Assembly (NCBI GenBank): GCA_030141605.1
Contig: JAQGDQ010000739.1
Location: 1 to 64,000 of the forward strand
Origin: Tubiluchus corallicola
Lineage: Eukaryota; Animalia; Priapulida
Direction of reading: 5' to 3'
DNA length: 64,000 nucleotides
Shown: piece after piece, positions 62,901 to 64,000 of the stretch
Layout of the letters: every line of letters starts with the position of its first letter
Numbering within the stretch: the stretch's first letter is position 1
The notes under the pieces: model-generated
What the model was told of the DNA's origin: nothing
Databases searched by the model: none
What the model saw: the letters and a program-made list of their open reading frames with translations, nothing else
Translations under genes and position numbers: made by a program

Positions 62901-63774
62901 ATATTCTATTTATATTATAATATATATATTATTATATATATATATAGAATATATAATTATTCTATAATATAAGTTGTTAAAATTAAACTTAGTTTTCTTC
63001 AAATTACACTTTAATATTTCGGTTGATTGTGCCTGGAGTCATCAGTATTGAAGATATGCCACATTGCTACAAATGGTACAAAAACTTAAATAAACGATAT
63101 TTACTCTTTATTTGAACTATTTTAGCCAAAAATTTTCAGCGATTTTAACACCTAGGAGAACTAACAGTAAGCTGGATTAATACTATTAAAAGCTGGGCAA
63201 AATTTCACACAAAATTTCAGCTAGGAAATTTAATTATTCTCGACAAAAAAGAAACTCAACCCAAAGTGCAGTCGTCGACAAAAGAAACGAAATTTTCATT
63301 TCTGTAACATCCCTGCTCAGCAAGCAGTATTTGATTACTTATTGTGGATACCATCAGAATATGGACGCAAAATCATTTGTGTTGTTCTGTAAACAGAAAT
63401 TGCAAGTTTTTATTTTGTGTAAAATTTTCTTGAAATGATTGGATATTGTTGAAGAAAAAACAATGAATTCAAGCCATTTAATAACAAGGATAATCAGATG
63501 GCTTTTTTTAAATCAAAGTTGGCAGAAAAAATGCAAGAAATTTATTTAACTTGAATTAATTTCCACGAGGGAATTGTGGTTTTACACAAATTGTGGGTTT
63601 TTCTGTGCATTAATTTACTGTTTAGAGGATTACGGTTGAATTGCTAACAACATTTTCAATGTTTTTTCAGCCGATTCGACGGGATTGTATTCGCTCTACA
63701 CTACATACCAAGATTACGAAATCATGTTCCATGTTTCTACACTACTGCCACATACACCAAATAATAAACAACAG
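43959..63774 (+). CDS. SIPA1L: Signal-induced proliferation-associated 1-like protein (SIPA1L/SPAR family RapGAP), 5' portion, multi-exon, continues beyond right edge
   Basis: Exons 43959-45456, 54201-54319, 59190-59378, 61325-61400, 62376-62474, 63671-63774, GT-AG with consistent phases. Family motifs [42 protein letters not shown] and RapGAP motifs [33 protein letters not shown]. Confidence 0.93.
45682..46299. repeat. 48-bp tandem repeat, about 13 copies, intronic
   Basis: Unit tgtatctaagaatgttgacaacaaaacccgagaagcagaattcagcaa. Confidence 0.97.
48200..48520. repeat. Degenerate ~150-bp tandem repeat (2-3 units) with AAGGTCAAAA cores
   Basis: aaggtcaaaa recurs near 48209, 48359 and 48510 with collinear downstream similarity. 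Confidence 0.55.
48768..48840. repeat. (CA)n microsatellite
   Basis: Visible run. Confidence 0.9.
52853..53178. repeat. Compound (TTG/CTG)n trinucleotide microsatellite, intronic
   Basis: About 100 triplets; produces spurious poly-L and poly-C ORFs. Confidence 0.95.
53872..53980. repeat. (GA)n microsatellite
   Basis: Visible run. Confidence 0.95.
54201..54319 (+). CDS. SIPA1L: SIPA1L coding exon 2
   Basis: cttgcag acceptor, gag|gtaac donor, phase 1-0; [21 protein letters not shown]...RTSE. Confidence 0.9.
57679..57998 (-). mobile_element. Probable 5'-truncated LINE 3' end (TTA-repeat tail, terminal stem-loop) between 40-bp direct repeats
   Basis: (TAA)n at 57678-57701 on plus, stem AAAGGGCAGC...GCTGCCCTTT, direct repeats at 57639-57678 and 57999-58038. 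Confidence 0.5.
59190..59378 (+). CDS. SIPA1L: SIPA1L coding exon 3
   Basis: ttctag acceptor, gtaagt donor, phase 0-0; [12 protein letters not shown]...EQLVKLDEQ. Confidence 0.9.
61325..61400 (+). CDS. SIPA1L: SIPA1L coding exon 4 (RapGAP start)
   Basis: ctgtag acceptor, gtaagg donor, phase 0-1; [21 protein letters not shown]. Confidence 0.92.
62376..62474 (+). CDS. SIPA1L: SIPA1L coding exon 5
   Basis: tttgcag acceptor, gtacgt donor, phase 1-1; [25 protein letters not shown]. Confidence 0.92.
63671..63774 (+). CDS. SIPA1L: SIPA1L coding exon 6
   Basis: ttttcag acceptor, cag|gtatgt donor, phase 1-0; [34 protein letters not shown]. Confidence 0.92.
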
Positions 63775-64000
63775 GTATGTTCTATGTATTTACACTATTG
63801 CCACATACACCAAATAAAAAACAACAGGTATGTTCTATGTATTTACACTATTGCCACATACACCAAATAATAAACAACAGGTATGTTCTATGTATTTACA
63901 CTATTGCCACATACACCAAATAATAAACAACAGGTATGTTCTATGTATTTACACTCCTGCCACATACACCAAATAAAAAACAACAGGTATGTTCTATGTA
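63724..64000 (+). repeat. 53-bp tandem repeat made of the last 51 nt of SIPA1L exon 6 plus GT; at least 5 copies, truncated by window edge
   Basis: Donor cag|gtatgt recurs at 63775, 63828, 63881, 63934 and 63987. Confidence 0.95.

Overview
Eukaryotic, AT-rich, intron- and repeat-rich genomic DNA from an invertebrate animal. A lophotrochozoan origin is plausible from the 5S and RTE sequences, but that is inference. There are three protein-coding loci. (1) The 5' part of ZZEF1 (EF-hand + APC10/DOC) on the minus strand has 8 phase-consistent coding exons from 11296 to 2432 and continues off the left edge. (2) A single-ORF, intronless, highly divergent NF-kB p105/Relish-type gene (RHD-IPT-NLS-ankyrins) lies at 16848-19598(+), head-to-head with ZZEF1. 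(3) The 5' part of a SIPA1L/SPAR-type RapGAP on the plus strand has 6 phase-consistent coding exons from 43959 to 63774 and continues off the right edge. Downstream of NF-kB is a probable decayed RING/B-box (TRIM-like) pseudogene. The non-coding space holds a TSD-flanked SINE with a 5S rRNA head and a bipartite RTE-LINE-like body, several hAT and pogo MITEs (one nested), many intronic minisatellites and microsatellites, and a 608-bp tandem duplication. Most notable: the intronless NF-kB with an NFAT-like recognition loop and kB/AP-1 sites next to its start, the 5S/RTE SINE, and a tandem array made of copies of an exon end plus its 5' splice site. All family assignments come from recalled motifs, not database searches.
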